From an uncultured Acidobacteriaceae bacterium (GTDB lineage Bacteria > Acidobacteriota > Terriglobia > Terriglobales > Acidobacteriaceae), in contig CAWAEE010000016.1 of NCBI GenBank assembly GCA_963781125.1, positions 413,320 to 477,319 of the forward strand: a stretch of DNA of 64,000 bases. The letters run 5' to 3'. Below the pieces are notes generated by a model. The model was given only the letters and a program-made list of their open reading frames with translations, searched no databases and had not been told where the DNA came from. Positions 32,502 to 44,964 of the stretch are shown here, piece by piece; the stretch's first letter is position 1; each line of letters opens with the position of its first letter. Position numbers and translations under genes: made by a program.

Positions 32502-34541
32502 ATGGCAGAAAAAACGAAGTCTTTGGAACACGCAAATCATCATCCAGGCGCTTGCTGGATTCGGTGCGCAAGCTGGATCCGCGCTGGATGGTCAAGAATC
32601 CGGTGATGTTTGTCGTGGAAGTGGGCAGCGTGCTCACTACCGCGCTGCTCATTGACAACACGGTGCAATCATCGCGCCGGGTTCGCGTTCAATCTCCAGA
32701 TCACGCTCTGGCTCTGGTTCACGGTCTTGTTCGCCAACTTTGCCGAGGCCATGGCCGAAGGCCGCGGCAAGGCTCAGGCCGACACGCTGCGCAAGGCCAA
32801 GGGCGAAACCATCGCCAAGCGCTACATGGCCAACGGCGGCTTTGAAGACGTCGCCAGCGGCCTTCTGCGCGCGGGCGATGTCATCTACGTCGAGGCTGGC
32901 AACTACATCGCCGGCGACGGCGAAGTCATCGAAGGCGTGGCCTCGGTGGACGAATCGGCCATCACCGGCGAGTCCGCTCCAGTGATTCGCGAAGCCGGCG
33001 GCGATCGCTCGGCTGTCACCGGCGGCACCAAAGTTCTCTCCGACTGGATCAAGGTGCGCATCACCTCCAATCCCGGCGAAACATTCCTCGATCGCATGAT
33101 CGCTCTGGTCGAAGGCGCAACGCGCCAGAAGACGCCCAACGAGATCGCGCTGAGCATTCTGCTTTCCGGTCTCACCATCGTCTTTCTGCTCGCCGTGGTC
33201 ACGTTGCAGCCATTCGCCATCTACTCCAAAGCGCCGCAAACAGTCTTCGTGCTGGTGTCGCTGCTGGTCTGCCTGATTCCCACCACCATCGGCGGCCTGC
33301 TTTCGGCCATCGGCATCGCCGGCATGGATCGGCTGGTCCAATACAACGTGCTGGCCATGAGCGGCCGCGCCGTCGAAGCTGCCGGCGACGTCAATACCTT
33401 GCTGCTCGACAAGACCGGCACCATCACCCTCGGCAATCGCCAGGCCACCGAGTTTCGCCCCGCGCCTGACGTCACCGCGGAGCGCCTGGCCGATGCGGCG
33501 CAACTCGTCATCGCTCTCCGACGAAACGCCCGAAGGCCGCTCGATCGTCGTGCTCGCCAAGGAGAAGTACAACCTGCGTGGCCGCGATCTCGGCGGCATT
33601 CACGCGGAGTTTGTTCCCTTCACCGCGCAGACCCGCATGAGCGGCGTCAATCTGCCCGGCGTGCGCATTCGCAAAGGCTCCGTCGATGCCATCGCCCGCT
33701 TCCTCGAAGACCAGGGCTCGTCGCTGCCCAAAAAGGTGCGCGACAACGTAGAAGAGATCGCACGCGCTCGGCGGAACTCCGCTGGTCGTCGCCGAAAATG
33801 CTACTGCGCTCGGCGTCATTTACCTCAAAGACATCGTCAAGGGCGGCCTGAAAGATCGCCTCGCTCGCCTCCGCGCCATGGGCATTCGCACCATCATGAT
33901 CACCGGCGACAATCCGCTGACCGCCGCTGTCATCGCGCGCGAAGCCGGCGTCGACGACTTTCTCGCCGAAGCCAAGCCCAAAGACAAGATGGACCTGATC
34001 AAGCGCGAGCAGGGCAAGGGCAAGCTGGTCGCGATGACCGGCGATGGCACCAACGACGCGCCCGCGCTGGCGCAGGCCGACGTAGGCGTGGCCATGAACT
34101 CCGGCACGCAGGCCGCAAAAGAAGCCGGCAACATGGTCGACCTCGACTCGAATCCCACCAAGCTCATCGAGATTGTCGAGATCGGCAAACAATTGCTGAT
34201 GACGCGCGGCGCGCTGACCACATTTTCCATCGCCAACGACGTGGCCAAATACTTCGCCATCATTCCCGCCATGTTTGCCGGCGCATTCCCGGTGCTGAAC
34301 GCGCTCAACATCATGTATCTGCACTCGCCGCAGTCGGCCATTCTTTCCGCGGTGATCTTCAACGCGATCATCATCGTGGCGCTCATTCCGCTGGCGCTCA
34401 AGGGCGTGAAGTACGAGCCCAAGGCCGCCGAAGTTCTGCTGCGCAATAACCTGCTGATCTACGGCGTCGGCGGCGTCATCGTGCCCGTTCATCGGCATCA
34501 AGGCCATCGACATGTTGATCGTCGCGCTGCACCTGGCCTAA
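32502..34541 (+). CDS. kdpB: K+-transporting ATPase subunit B (frameshifts)
   Basis: [39 protein letters not shown]. Confidence 0.96.
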
Positions 34542-34574
34542 GCGTTTGCGCTGGATCGGAGAAGGAGAACTCGA

Positions 34575-35194
34575 ATGCATTCCACATCCACATTACCGGT
34601 TGCTGCAGTCACACAGACAGCGACGGTCAAGCATTCACTTTGGGGAACTTCGATTCGCTTCACGCTCCTCGCGACGATCCTCTGCGGCCTCGCCTATCCG
34701 CTGCTCGTCACCGGCATCGCTCGGTCCTCTTTCCGCACCAGGCCGCGGGCAGCCTCATTCTCAAAGATGGCCAGGTCATCGGCTCGGAACTGCTGGCGCA
34801 GAGCTTCACTTCCGATCGCTACTTCCATCCCCGCCCCTCGGCTGCGGGCAATGGCTACGACGCGACGTCTTCCGGCGGCTCGAACCTCGCCCAGTCCAAT
34901 GCCAAGCTCGTGCAGCGCATCCAGGGCGACATCGACAAGCTGACCGCGGCAGAATCCCGGCAAGCCCGTGCCCATCGATCTGGTCACCACCTCCGGCTCC
35001 GGCCTCGATCCCGACATCACGCCCGACGCCGCCTTCTATCAGGCTCCGCGCGTCGCCAAGGCCCGCGGCCTCAGCGAAGATCAGGTACGCCAGCTCATCC
35101 AGCAGCACATTACCGGTCGTCAACTCGGCCTGCTCGGCGAGCCGCGCGTCAACGTGCTCGCGCTGAATCTCGACCTCGACAAGCTTCGAAATAG
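34575..35194 (+). CDS. kdpC: K+-transporting ATPase subunit C (frameshifts)
   Basis: [48 protein letters not shown]. Confidence 0.95.
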
Positions 35195-35375
35195 GTCTCA
35201 GAGTTGGCTTCCCCTGGAAATGGGGAGGGCGGAATCCTTCCCTCTCCTCTCTTTTCACGTGCCGCTCCGCATCGGTGGCCACAGCGTGCTCGCAATGTCG
35301 ACATGCCACGCCTCCCAAATCACACGTAGCCATACACGTTTCCGGCTTAGCTCCTGCTGAGCCGGAGAACCGTTC

Positions 35376-36132
35376 ATGCGAGCATCCCTCTTCATCACCT
35401 GCTACAACGACACGCTCTTCCCTGAGACGGGCCGAGCGGTGGTGCGCCTGCTTGAACGGCTGGGTGTTGCACTCGAGTTCAATCCCGGCCAAACCTGCTG
35501 CGGCCAGATGCACGCCAACACCGGCTTCCGCGCCGAAGCCTTCTCCCAGGCCAAGCGCTTCGTGCGCCTCTATCAGGACGCCGAAGCCGTCGTCATTCCT
35601 TCCACCTCCTGCGTGGCCATGATTCGCGATCAATATCCCGGCCTGTTTGCAGGAACTGGGCAACGAAGACCTCCGCAAGGAATTCGCGGCCCTGCTGCCG
35701 CGCGTCTACGAACTGAGCGAGTTCCTCATCGACGAGCTGGGCGTCGATGATGTCGGCGCCTATTTTCCCCACCGCGTCACCTACCACGCCAGTTGTCACG
35801 GCCTGCGCGCATTGCATGTCGGCGACCGGCCCTTTCGGCTGCTCGCGAAGGTGCGCGGTCTCGAGCTGGTTCCGCTCGAGAATCTCGACCGCTGTTGCGG
35901 CTTCGGTGGAACCTTCTCGATCAAGAATGCCGAAGTGTCGTCGGCCATGCTTTCGGAAAAGCTGCACGACGTGCTCTCCACGCGAGCCGAATATTGCACC
36001 GCCCTCGACAATAGTTGCCTGATGCATCTTGGCGGCGCCTTGCACCGCGAGTTCGCAGCCGACGCGCACCATTCACATGGCACAGATTCTGGCCAGCACA
36101 CGAAGCCAGGCCGGACGGAGGAAATCGCATGA
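35376..36132 (+). CDS. lutA: L-lactate dehydrogenase complex Fe-S subunit LutA/LldE (frameshifts)
   Basis: LFITC, QTCCGQ, TYHASCH and CCGFGGTF CCG domains. Confidence 0.9.
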
Positions 36133-37585
36133 CGCCAGGTCGTCCTCGATCCGCGCATCGCGCCGCCGTTTCCCAGGCAGCCCTGCCTATTCTGCGCAAT
36201 ACGCAACTGCGCAAAAATGTGGCCCACGCCACCGACGTGATCCAGGCCAAGCGCGCACGCCTCGTGGCTGAAAAGACACGATTGGCAGGAACTGCGCACG
36301 GCTGCCGCAGCCATCAAGGATGAGTCACTCGGCCACCTCGATCAATATCTGGTCGAATTCGAGGACCGCTGCACCGCGGCGGGCGGTAGGCCATGTCCAC
36401 TGGGCCTCGGACGCAGCCGAGGCACGCCGCATCATCGTCGAAATTCTCCGCAAGGAAGGCACCGAAGTCATCAAGATCAAGACCATGACCTCGGCCGAGA
36501 TTCAACTGAATCCCGCGCTTGAGGCCGCTGGCGTCAAGGCCGTTGAGACCGATCTGGCCGAGATGATTCTGCAACTGGGCGACGATGAACCCTCCCACAT
36601 CGTCGTTCCCGCGCTCCACGTGAATCGCAGCCAGGTGCGCGAAATCTTTGCGCGCACGCATGGGCCTCAAGGATCTGATCCGACGATCCCCAGGCGCTCA
36701 CCGCTGCCGCCCGCACCTATCTGCGCAACGAAGTTCCTCAGCGTCGACGCAGCCATCTGCGGAGCTAACTTTCTGGTCGCTGAAACGGGCGCCGTCGCCA
36801 TCGTCGAGTCCGAAGGCAACGGCCGCATGTGCCTCACGCTGCCCGCGCACGTTGATTGCTCTGGCAGGAATCGAAAAGGTCATCCCCACATTTCGCGACC
36901 TCGAAGTGATGCTGCAGGTGCTGGCGCGCTCGGCAACCGGCGAGCGGATGAATCCCTACACGTCGCTGTGGACCGGCGTCACTCCCGGCGATGGGCCGCA
37001 GAATTTTCACGTCGTGCTGCTCGACAATGGCCGCTCGTCGATTCTCGCGCGAGCCATACTGAACGCCAGACGCTGCGATGCATCCGTTGCGGCGCCTGCC
37101 AGAACACATGCCCGGTCTATCGCCAGACCGGCGGTCACGCCTACGGCTCGGTTTACGGCGGCCCCATCGGCGCCATCCTCACACCGCAGCTCATGCACAT
37201 GGACCACGCGCAATCGCTGCCCTATGCATCATCGCTTGTGCGGCGCCTGCTACGAAGTGTGCCCAGTCAAGATCAATATTCCTGAAGTGCTGATCGAGCT
37301 GCGCGCGCAGGTCGTCGATCAGGAGCGCAAACGAGCCGCCCGCGCCTTCGATCCGATGTATCTCGGCATGCGAGTTGCGAACAGCCTCTTCGCCAGCGCC
37401 TGGCGCTTTCCGCCTCGCGCAGCGCCTCGGCCGCATCGCCCTGCGTCCATTCACCCGCAAAGATGGCTGGATTCACGCCTTGCCGAGCCTCGGTGCCCGA
37501 TGGACAATGACCCGCGATCTGCGCGGCATGCCCGATCAGACCTTTCGCGAGTGGTGGGCGGCGCGCCCAAAGGACAAAGCCATGA
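36129..37585 (+). CDS. lutB: L-lactate dehydrogenase complex subunit LutB/LldF (frameshifts)
   Basis: ETDLAE, PSHIVVPALH, ESEGNGR, RSATG, CIRCGACQNTCPVY, LCGACYEVCPVKI. Confidence 0.92.
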
Positions 37586-38225
37586 GCGACGCGCGCCAAC
37601 AGATTCTCGATCGAATTCGCCGCGCGAAGTCCGGCGGTTCCGTTGCAGAGTATTCTGATATGCCGCGTAACTACATCCATCATGGCAGCCTTGACGGAAG
37701 TGCGCGCCTGCACTTCATGGTCGAGCGCCTGCAGCGAATACGACGCCGAAGTTGTCGAGTGCGAGCCCAGAAGATCTTCCGTCGCCTGCATCGCCGATCG
37801 CCTTCATCGAGCGGCAAGCGCAAATTCGTCGCACCCCCGGGCCTGCCCAGCCGAATGGCTCGTCGCCGGCTTCGATTGGAAGATTGATCACAGACCTCAC
37901 CCACGCCGAAATAGAAGACGTGCGATGGGGTCGTCACTGCGTCTTTCGCGGGCGTGGCCGACTCGGGAACCATCGTGCTTCACCACTCAGCCAGCGAAGG
38001 CCGTCGCATCCTCACGCTTCTTCCCGACTGGCATCTCTGCATCCTGCGCACCAGCCAGATCGTCGAAACGTTGCCCGAATACTTTGCGATGTTGCCCGCA
38101 GCCACCCGCGCTCGCCACCTATATCTCCGGCCCCAGCGCCACCGCCGACATCGAAATGACGCGCATCAAGGGCGTGCACGGTCCGCGCTTCCTCCATGTG
38201 ATCCTCGTTCACGACGAAGCCTTGA
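37582..38225 (+). CDS. lutC: LUD-domain lactate utilization protein LutC/LldG (frameshifts)
   Basis: MSDARQQILDRIR, ADSGTIVL, GRRILTLLP, ISGPSATADIEMTRIKGVHGP. Confidence 0.9.
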
Positions 38226-38227
38226 TT

Positions 38228-39544
38228 TTAAGGAATCGATTGCAGCGACTCGGCCGCTCGCAACGCCAACCCCGCGCCACCGAAGTAAATTCGTTTCCGC
38301 TGCGAATCCGGTCCTCGCCGAACCGCGTCGCAAAAATCCGCCGTACCGCAGGGACAAACGAGCTGCCCCCGGTCAGAAATACGCGGTCCACATCGCGCGG
38401 ATCGGTGCCCGTACCTCCGCAACAGCGAATCCACACAGCTCTCGATAGTTTGCAAGTTCCTCCGCGTATCCATCGACTTCGAATTCGCTGCGCTTCACTG
38501 GGATGCGCAGATCCAATCCTGCGTCGTGAAACCGAAACTCCGCATCCTCGCTGCGCGAAAGCTCAAACTTAACCTGCTGCACTGCCTGGTGCAGCTGATA
38601 GCCGAGATCCTCTTCCACAATCGCAATTAACGCTTGGATCTTCTCCGGCTCCAATGCCCGGATTCGCGCGCTCCTCAGAATCTCCCGCACGTTGTTGGTT
38701 CGGAGAAATGAGAGATAGTGCCAGCGCTCAAGATTGGCATAGATCCAGGCCGGGACCGCGGGCAGGAGCTTGTTCAGCGAGCGCGCTTCGGAGTTCGATC
38801 CCAACGCCGGCGAAACGAGCTTGCGCACGATGCGTGCATCAAAAGCATCTCCGGCCAGGCCGATGCCGCCATTGCCCACCAGATCGTTCGGTGTGCGTCC
38901 CCGACGTCGCACGCCAGGGCCCACACGCAGCAGAGAGAAATCGCTTGTGCCACCGCCGAAATCCCCAATCAGAATCAACTCATCGTGATCCAGCGTTGAC
39001 TCGTAGGAGTATGCCGCGGCGACCGGTTCCATTTCGAACTCAACGCGCTCAACTCCGGCCAGCGCAAAAGCCTCGCGCAACCGGGCCAACGCAAAGTCAT
39101 CGTCCTCGTCAGATCTCCGAGCCAACGAATCGCACGGGCCGCCCGACCATCGCATACGCGATTGGGCGCCCGAACTGTCGCTCTGCGGCTTTACGCAAAT
39201 CGCTCAACAGACCGCGAAATCACTTCTTCCAGCTTGTGCCGTCGTCCGAAGATTTCAGTGCCGGTAAGTGTTCTGCTGGACAGGTGCGACTTGAGCGACT
39301 GGATCAGACGCCCTTTTTCGTCCGCCTTGAGATAGTGTTCGATGGCAGCCGGGCCCGTGAGCCCATGCGACCGTTTCACTCCGCTCGCCGACTTGACCTG
39401 CTCGAAATACAAAACCGACCGATACGACTCGGTCGGTGTGCCACGGAATGTGAAGGATGCTAGATCTATCCCTGCACCCTCACTCACCCGCGCTACCGAA
39501 CTATTCGTTGTCCCAAAATCGATCCCAATCGCGTCAACCTGCAC
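38228..39544 (-). CDS. Hsp70 family protein, YegD-like (frameshifts)
   Basis: IGIDFGTTNS, EPVAAA, IGDFGGGTSDFS, VFLTGGSS; short, with no DnaK substrate-binding domain. Confidence 0.88.
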
Positions 39545-39580
39545 GTCTTGAGCTTTCTCCGTCTGTTTTCTCAAAGCGCA

Positions 39581-42500
39581 TCAGCTCATCACCTGCACAG
39601 TTCCCTTGCCCACCAACTCTTCGACGCGCTCGACCCAGCCGCGGTCCGCGGCCACACTCATCTGTTCCGGCTCCAGAATCACCTCGTACTCGCCCTTCTT
39701 CTGCAAGATGCAGCATCACCTTGCCCGGCCCCGGCGCCGCATCGGCCGCCGACTTCAGCGCCGCCATCATCTCTTCCGTCGCACGATCGAGATTGATCGC
39801 GAATCCGAATCCCGCTCGGCAGTTTCACCTGCACCTCTTCCAGCGCCTGAATCGAGCTGACCGACAGCTTCGGCGCCGAATCTTCATCGCCCGAAAGCGT
39901 TCCGCGAATCAGCACCGGCGCTTCGATCTTCAGTTGCTCCGCCAGCTTCTCGTAGTCCCGCGGAAACGCAATCAGTTCGATCTTGCCCGTTGCGTCTTCG
40001 AGAATCGCCTGCGCATAGAGCTTTCCTTCGCGTCGCGTCTTCTGCACGCGCAGCCCCTGCATGATGCCCGCGACCTGAATCTCATCCGCCGGATCCGAAT
40101 CCTTGCCCCAGCGCCGCTCCGGCGGCTTGCGCTCCAGCGCCTCCGCCACCGAGATCACGCCCGGCAGATTGCGCAGCTTCTCCGCATACTTGTCCAGCGG
40201 ATGCCCGGAGACAAAGAATCCCAGCACCTCTTTCTCATTCGCCAGCCGCTCGCCCTCTTCCCAATCCGCCGCACGCGGCAGCTCGTCGCCGCCATGTCCA
40301 TGCGCGGGAGCCTCATTGAACAACCCAAACAGTCCCGTCTGCCCCTGCGCCTCATCGCGCTGCGCCTTCTGCGCGCGCTCCATCGCCTTGTCGACGGCCG
40401 CCATCAGCGGCCCGCGCTTGCCCAGCGAATCGAGCGCGCCGGCCTTGATCAGCGACTCAATCACCCGCTTGTTCATCACCCGCAGGTCGACCTTCTCGCA
40501 GAACTCCCAGAAGCTCCTGAACCGTCCGCCCAGTTCTTCGCGCGCCTTCTTGATCGACTCAATCGCGTTGCCGCCGACGTTCTTCACCGCGGCCAGCCCA
40601 AACCGAATCGCCTCGCCGTGCGGCGTAAACTGCGCGCCCGAAACCTGCACATCCGGCGGCTCCACGCTGATGCCCATCTCCTTGCATTCCTGGATGTACT
40701 TGACGACGTTCTCTGGCTTCGACGTTTCCGAAGTCAGCAGCGCCGCCATGAACTCCACCGGATAATGCGTCTTCAAATAGGCCGTCTGATAGGCCACCAG
40801 CGCATACGCCGCCGAGTGCGATTTGTTGAATCCGTATCCTGAGAACTTCGCCATCAGGTCGAAGATTTCGCCCACCGGCGCCTTCGGATGCCCCAGCGCC
40901 GCCGCGCCACTGCATGAAGCGATCGCGCTGCTCGGCCATCGCCTTGCGGATCCTTCTTTCCCATCGCGCGCCGCAGCAGATCGGCCTCGCCCAGGCGAGT
41001 AGCTCGCCAGCACGTTGGCGATCCGCATCACCTGTTCCTGGTAGACAATCACCCCCAGCGAATCTTTCAGAATCGCCTCGAGCTCCGGCAGCAGGTACTC
41101 CACCTTGCTGCCGACCCCACTTGCGCTCGATGAAGTCGTCGATCATGTCCATCGGCCCCGGCCGATAGAGCGCATTCAGCGCCGTCAACTCCTCCACCGT
41201 ATCCGGCTTGTAGCGCCGCAAAATGTCCCGCATCCCGCTCGACTCAAACTGAAAAATCCCCGACGTCAGCGCCGTGTGAAATACCTTCTTGAATGTCTCC
41301 GGATCGTCGAGCGGAATCATCTCGATGTCCAGCTTCTCCCCGCGCGTCTGCTCGATCAGCTTCACGCAATCGTCGATCACCGTCAGCGTCGCGAGGCCCA
41401 GGAAGTCCATCTTCAGCAGGCCCATCTTTTCGACGGCCTTCATGTCATAGGCGGTCACGATTTCGTCGTTCTTCGTCCTGTTCAGCGGCACAAGCTCCGT
41501 CAGCGGACGCGGCGCAATCACCACCGCCGATGCATGCACCCCGGCCCCGCGCACCAGCCCTTCCAGCTTCTTCGCCGTATCGATCAGCTCGCGGATCTGC
41601 TTGTCGTTGTCATAGGCCTTGCGCAAATCGGGCAACTCTTCGAGCGCCTTGTCGATCGTCATCCCCACCGTCGGCGGCACCAGCTTGGCGATGCGGTCTA
41701 CATCGCCGTAGGGCATATCCATCGCGCGTCCGCAGTCCTTGATCGAGGCCTTCGCCGCCATGGTGTTGAAGGTGATGATCTGCGCCACCTGCTCGCGTCC
41801 GTACTTGCGCGTCACGTAGTCGATCACTTCGCCGCGCCGGTTCATGCAGAAGTCCACGTCGATATCCGGCATCGTCACGCGCTCGGGATTCAGGAACCGC
41901 TCGAAGAGCAGCACGTTCTGCATCGGATCGATATTCGTAATCTCCATCGCATAGGCCACCAGCGATCCCGTCGCCGATCCGCGCCCCGGTCCCACGGGAA
42001 TGCCATGATCGCGCGCGTACTTGATGAAGTCCCACACAATCAGGAAGTAGCCCGAGTACTTCATCTGCTTGATGATGCCGATCTCGTACTGGAGCCGCGC
42101 CTCATACTCCTGCAGTTGTCGAGCGTCCGCACGCCGCGCAGTTCCAGCTGTCGCACCGCGGTGTCGAGCCGCTTCCTTAACCCTTCGCGGCACACCTGCT
42201 CAAAGTAGCTGTCGATCGTGTGTCCGCGGGCACGGCAAACTCCGGGAACGGATTGTCCACTGCATGCAGTTTCAGCTTGCAGCGCTCGGCAATCTCCATC
42301 GTCCGCGACATCACGCCGGGAGAATCAGGAAACAGCCGCGCCATCTCATCGGCGGTCTTCACAAAAAACTGGTCGGAGTCGAACCGGAAACGGTCCGCGT
42401 CGTGAATCTTCGCGCCCGTCTGCACGCAGAGCATCACGTCGTGCGCATGCGAGTCTTCGCCGCACAGGTAGTGCGAGTCGTTGGTCAGCACGAGCGGAAT

Positions 42501-43092
42501 CTCCAGCTCCTTCTCCAGCCGGAACAGATCGGCCTGGATCTTCTTCTCCTGCTCCAGCCCCTGGTCCTGAATTTCCAGATAGAAATTACTTCGCCCGAAG
42601 ATGTCCTGGTACTGCTGGGCGACTGATTTGGCCTTGTCATAGTGGCCCGCGCATCAGCTCTTCGCACAGCTCGCCGCTCAGGCAGCCGGAAAACCCGATC
42701 AGGCCTTTCGAATTTTCAGCCAGATATTTCTTGCTCACGCGCGGCTTGCGATAGAACCCATGCAGGCTCGCCTCGCTCGTCAGCCGGATCAGGTTGCGGT
42801 ATCCCTCTTCGTTCTCCGCCAGCACCAGCAGGTGGTTGTACTGGTCGTTAGGCGTCTCGGCGCGATGGTCCTCGGCCTTGCACACGTAAAGCTCGCACCC
42901 CAGGATCGGCTTGATGCCCTTCGCCTTCGCCGCATTGAAGAAGTGCACCGCCCCGTAGATATTCCCGTGGTCGGTCATCGCGACAGACTTCTGCCCCAGC
43001 GCCGCCACGCGGTCCACAAGCTTGTGGACGTCGCACGCGCCATCCAGCAGCGAGTATTCGGTATGCAAATGCAGATGAGTAAATTCAGCCAT
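39581..43092 (-). CDS. dnaE: DNA polymerase III subunit alpha (several frameshifts)
   Basis: FTHLHLHTEYSLLDG, TDHGN, GPGRGSATGS, MPDIDVDF, LYRPGP, YGFNKSHSAAY; about 1170 codons. Confidence 0.96.
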
Positions 43093-43176
43093 GGCTAGAT
43101 TGATTTTAAGCGGCCAGCGCATTCGCCACGCCCGAATACAATCGCAATTGGAGGAATTGCGCGCCTCTCGTGGATC

Positions 43177-43483
43177 TTATTGAGCGCGGTGATCTAAGAA
43201 GGATGGAATATCCCGAGCGCCTTGAGTAACTCCCACGATTTCCACACGCTTGTTCCGGACACGGTACAGGATCTAGTATGTCTCCACCGGCCAGAACAGA
43301 ATGGCATGCTTGGTTAGATCCGGTCGCTTGTGCCCTATCCCTGAGTTGCGCGCCAGCGTTGTAAAGGTAGTGAAGAGTTTCGATACTCCAACGGTCAGCG
43401 GCATCGATGCTATCCTGCGCAATGTACTCCCATATTTCATTCAGGTCCCGCTCTGCCCCAACGCCGAGGACATACTGCTTCAC
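43177..43483 (-). pseudogene. parE: ParE/RelE family toxin, frameshifted and with an in-frame TAG
   Basis: AERDLNEIWEYIAQDSIDAADRW; the shifted frame reads LARNSGIGHKRPDL...PVETY*ILYRV...VEIVGVTQGARDI, with TAG at 43273-43275. Confidence 0.75.
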
Positions 43484-43797
43484 GCTGCGCGCCTTTTCCG
43501 CTCGCGGGACTTCTGTCGCAATCGTGTCCGAGCGGCGGCTGAATCCACGGTTTCGCCGCGTTCCAGAGAGTTCAATCGGGACCCGAGCTCGCGATTGAAA
43601 GCAGCCAGCTGTGCCGAGCGATTCCGCTCGTGCTCTTCGAGCAACCGCAGGGCCTCGCGCACCACTTCGCTGGCCGAGGTATACCGCCCCGATTCCACTT
43701 TTGCAGCAACGAACTTGTCCAGTGCAGGAGTCAGCGAAACATTCACGGGAGAAATCCTCCTGCTTTCGATGTTCATCGGAATAACAAGCTTTGTCAA
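43480..43797 (-). CDS. parD: ParD1/CopG-type ribbon-helix-helix antitoxin
   Basis: NVSLTPALDKFVAAKVESGRYTSASEVVREALRLLEE; the stop overlaps the toxin start. The true start may be ~43746-43776. Confidence 0.92.
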   Translation of the reverse strand: MTKLVIPMNIESRRISPVNVSLTPALDKFVAAKVESGRYTSASEVVREALRLLEEHERNRSAQLAAFNRELGSRLNSLERGETVDSAAARTRLRQKSRERKRRAA

Positions 43798-43862
43798 TCT
43801 TTGTTACCTATAAAGGCCATCCCATATCTTCAGCCTTCCCTTCATGAATGAGGGAGGGCGGC

Positions 43863-43954
43863 GGGTGGCCCACCCCTGCTCAGTTCCACCCCCTCCCAGG
43901 CACAAGCCCCGGGTTCCCATCCTTGACGCCAGTCTTATCGCGGTAAGGGTAGGA
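43863..43954. repeat. REP-like palindromic element(s)
   Basis: GGGTTCCCATCCTTGACGC...GCGGTAAGGGTAGGA hairpin and a partial GGGTGGCCCACCC; resembles the element at 61289. Confidence 0.6.
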
Positions 43955-44049
43955 GACCGTCGACCCCGTTTGGTACTTATCTCCACGCCGCAATCCACAA
44001 TACAGCGGCACAACCTCGGCGCCTTAGACGTCGTATCAGAGGACGCCCC

Positions 44050-44895
44050 CTACTTCTTCCCCCAGAAATCCGGCGAAGAGCTGATCCACGAATCGGGCAC
44101 GTAGCTGAGTTCCGCATCGAAAGCGAAGAGGTCGCTCTCGGAGGACTCGACAGCAGCGTCCAGCCCCTTCATGAGGGTTTGAAGCTGCTCTTCGCCCACG
44201 GCATCGTTGAATTTCTTGTCGCCGCTGACCATCGCGTCCACGACGGCGAGCGATTCCATGGGAGTGACGAGGATATACACGTTGTCGCTGCCGACACCGT
44301 ACATCTTCTGGAACATCGCCCATCGCGCGTCCGGAATCGCCGATTGATAGGCCTTGACGAAGAGCTTCGCCAGGCGCCGAAAGTCCGCATCATGGCCCGA
44401 GCGGACGTGAAAAAGCAGAATCCGCATGAAGCGCATCTTGGAGAGATCAACATTGGGGTTGAGGCTCAGCTCCTTCTCGTAGGAGTAGATGCTGTCGTGC
44501 TCGCTCGCCACAAGCGGTGCCTGCCCGGCCTCCGATGTTTTCAGCGCATCCAACGCTTTTGGCATCGCAAAGGTTTCTTCGTGTCCCTTCTGCAAATCGG
44601 CGAACGAATCGAAGCCATGCAGGTAAAGCACGTGGTTCGCACCGGTAATGCCCCACATGCCGACGAAGTGATCTGGAGCTTTAGCCTCGCGCATCGCCTG
44701 CGCCTCTTCCCCTTGCGATTTCGCATAGGCGAAGGATGTGTTGGGTTTCAACTCGTCGTTCTCGAGGAAGAGATATTTGCTGGGGCCCTGGGCCTGTCCG
44801 GCTTCATGCTGGGCGAAGGCCGCAGTTGCCGGGGTGAGTGTGAGAGTTGCAACGAATAGACAGAAAGGGGCTGTCGCGCGAACGTGAAACCTCAT
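44050..44895 (-). CDS. Exported hypothetical protein with two internal alpha/beta (NIPSNAP-like) halves
   Basis: Signal peptide (AFAQ), GGAG RBS; the two halves have similar spacing (...HVLYLHGFDSFADL / ...NVYILVTPMESLAVV). Confidence 0.75.
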   Translation of the reverse strand: MRFHVRATAPFCLFVATLTLTPATAAFAQHEAGQAQGPSKYLFLENDELKPNTSFAYAKSQGEEAQAMREAKAPDHFVGMWGITGANHVLYLHGFDSFADLQKGHEETFAMPKALDALKTSEAGQAPLVASEHDSIYSYEKELSLNPNVDLSKMRFMRILLFHVRSGHDADFRRLAKLFVKAYQSAIPDARWAMFQKMYGVGSDNVYILVTPMESLAVVDAMVSGDKKFNDAVGEEQLQTLMKGLDAAVESSESDLFAFDAELSYVPDSWISSSPDFWGKK

Positions 44896-44964
44896 GGGTG
44901 CTTGTCTCCTGGGTTCGATTTGCGGGGAGGCTCAAGCATACTCTCGCAATCGCAGGCGCGGGGA

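Noticed and set aside
39581-43092. Intein or split dnaE
   Set aside because: The length (~1170 codons) is normal and no intein motifs were seen; the breaks are single-base indels.
44911-44930. GGGTTCGATT, resembling a tRNA/tmRNA T-arm
   Set aside because: There is no closing CCC stem, acceptor stem or CCA end, and it lies in the 5' UTR of the minus-strand gene.
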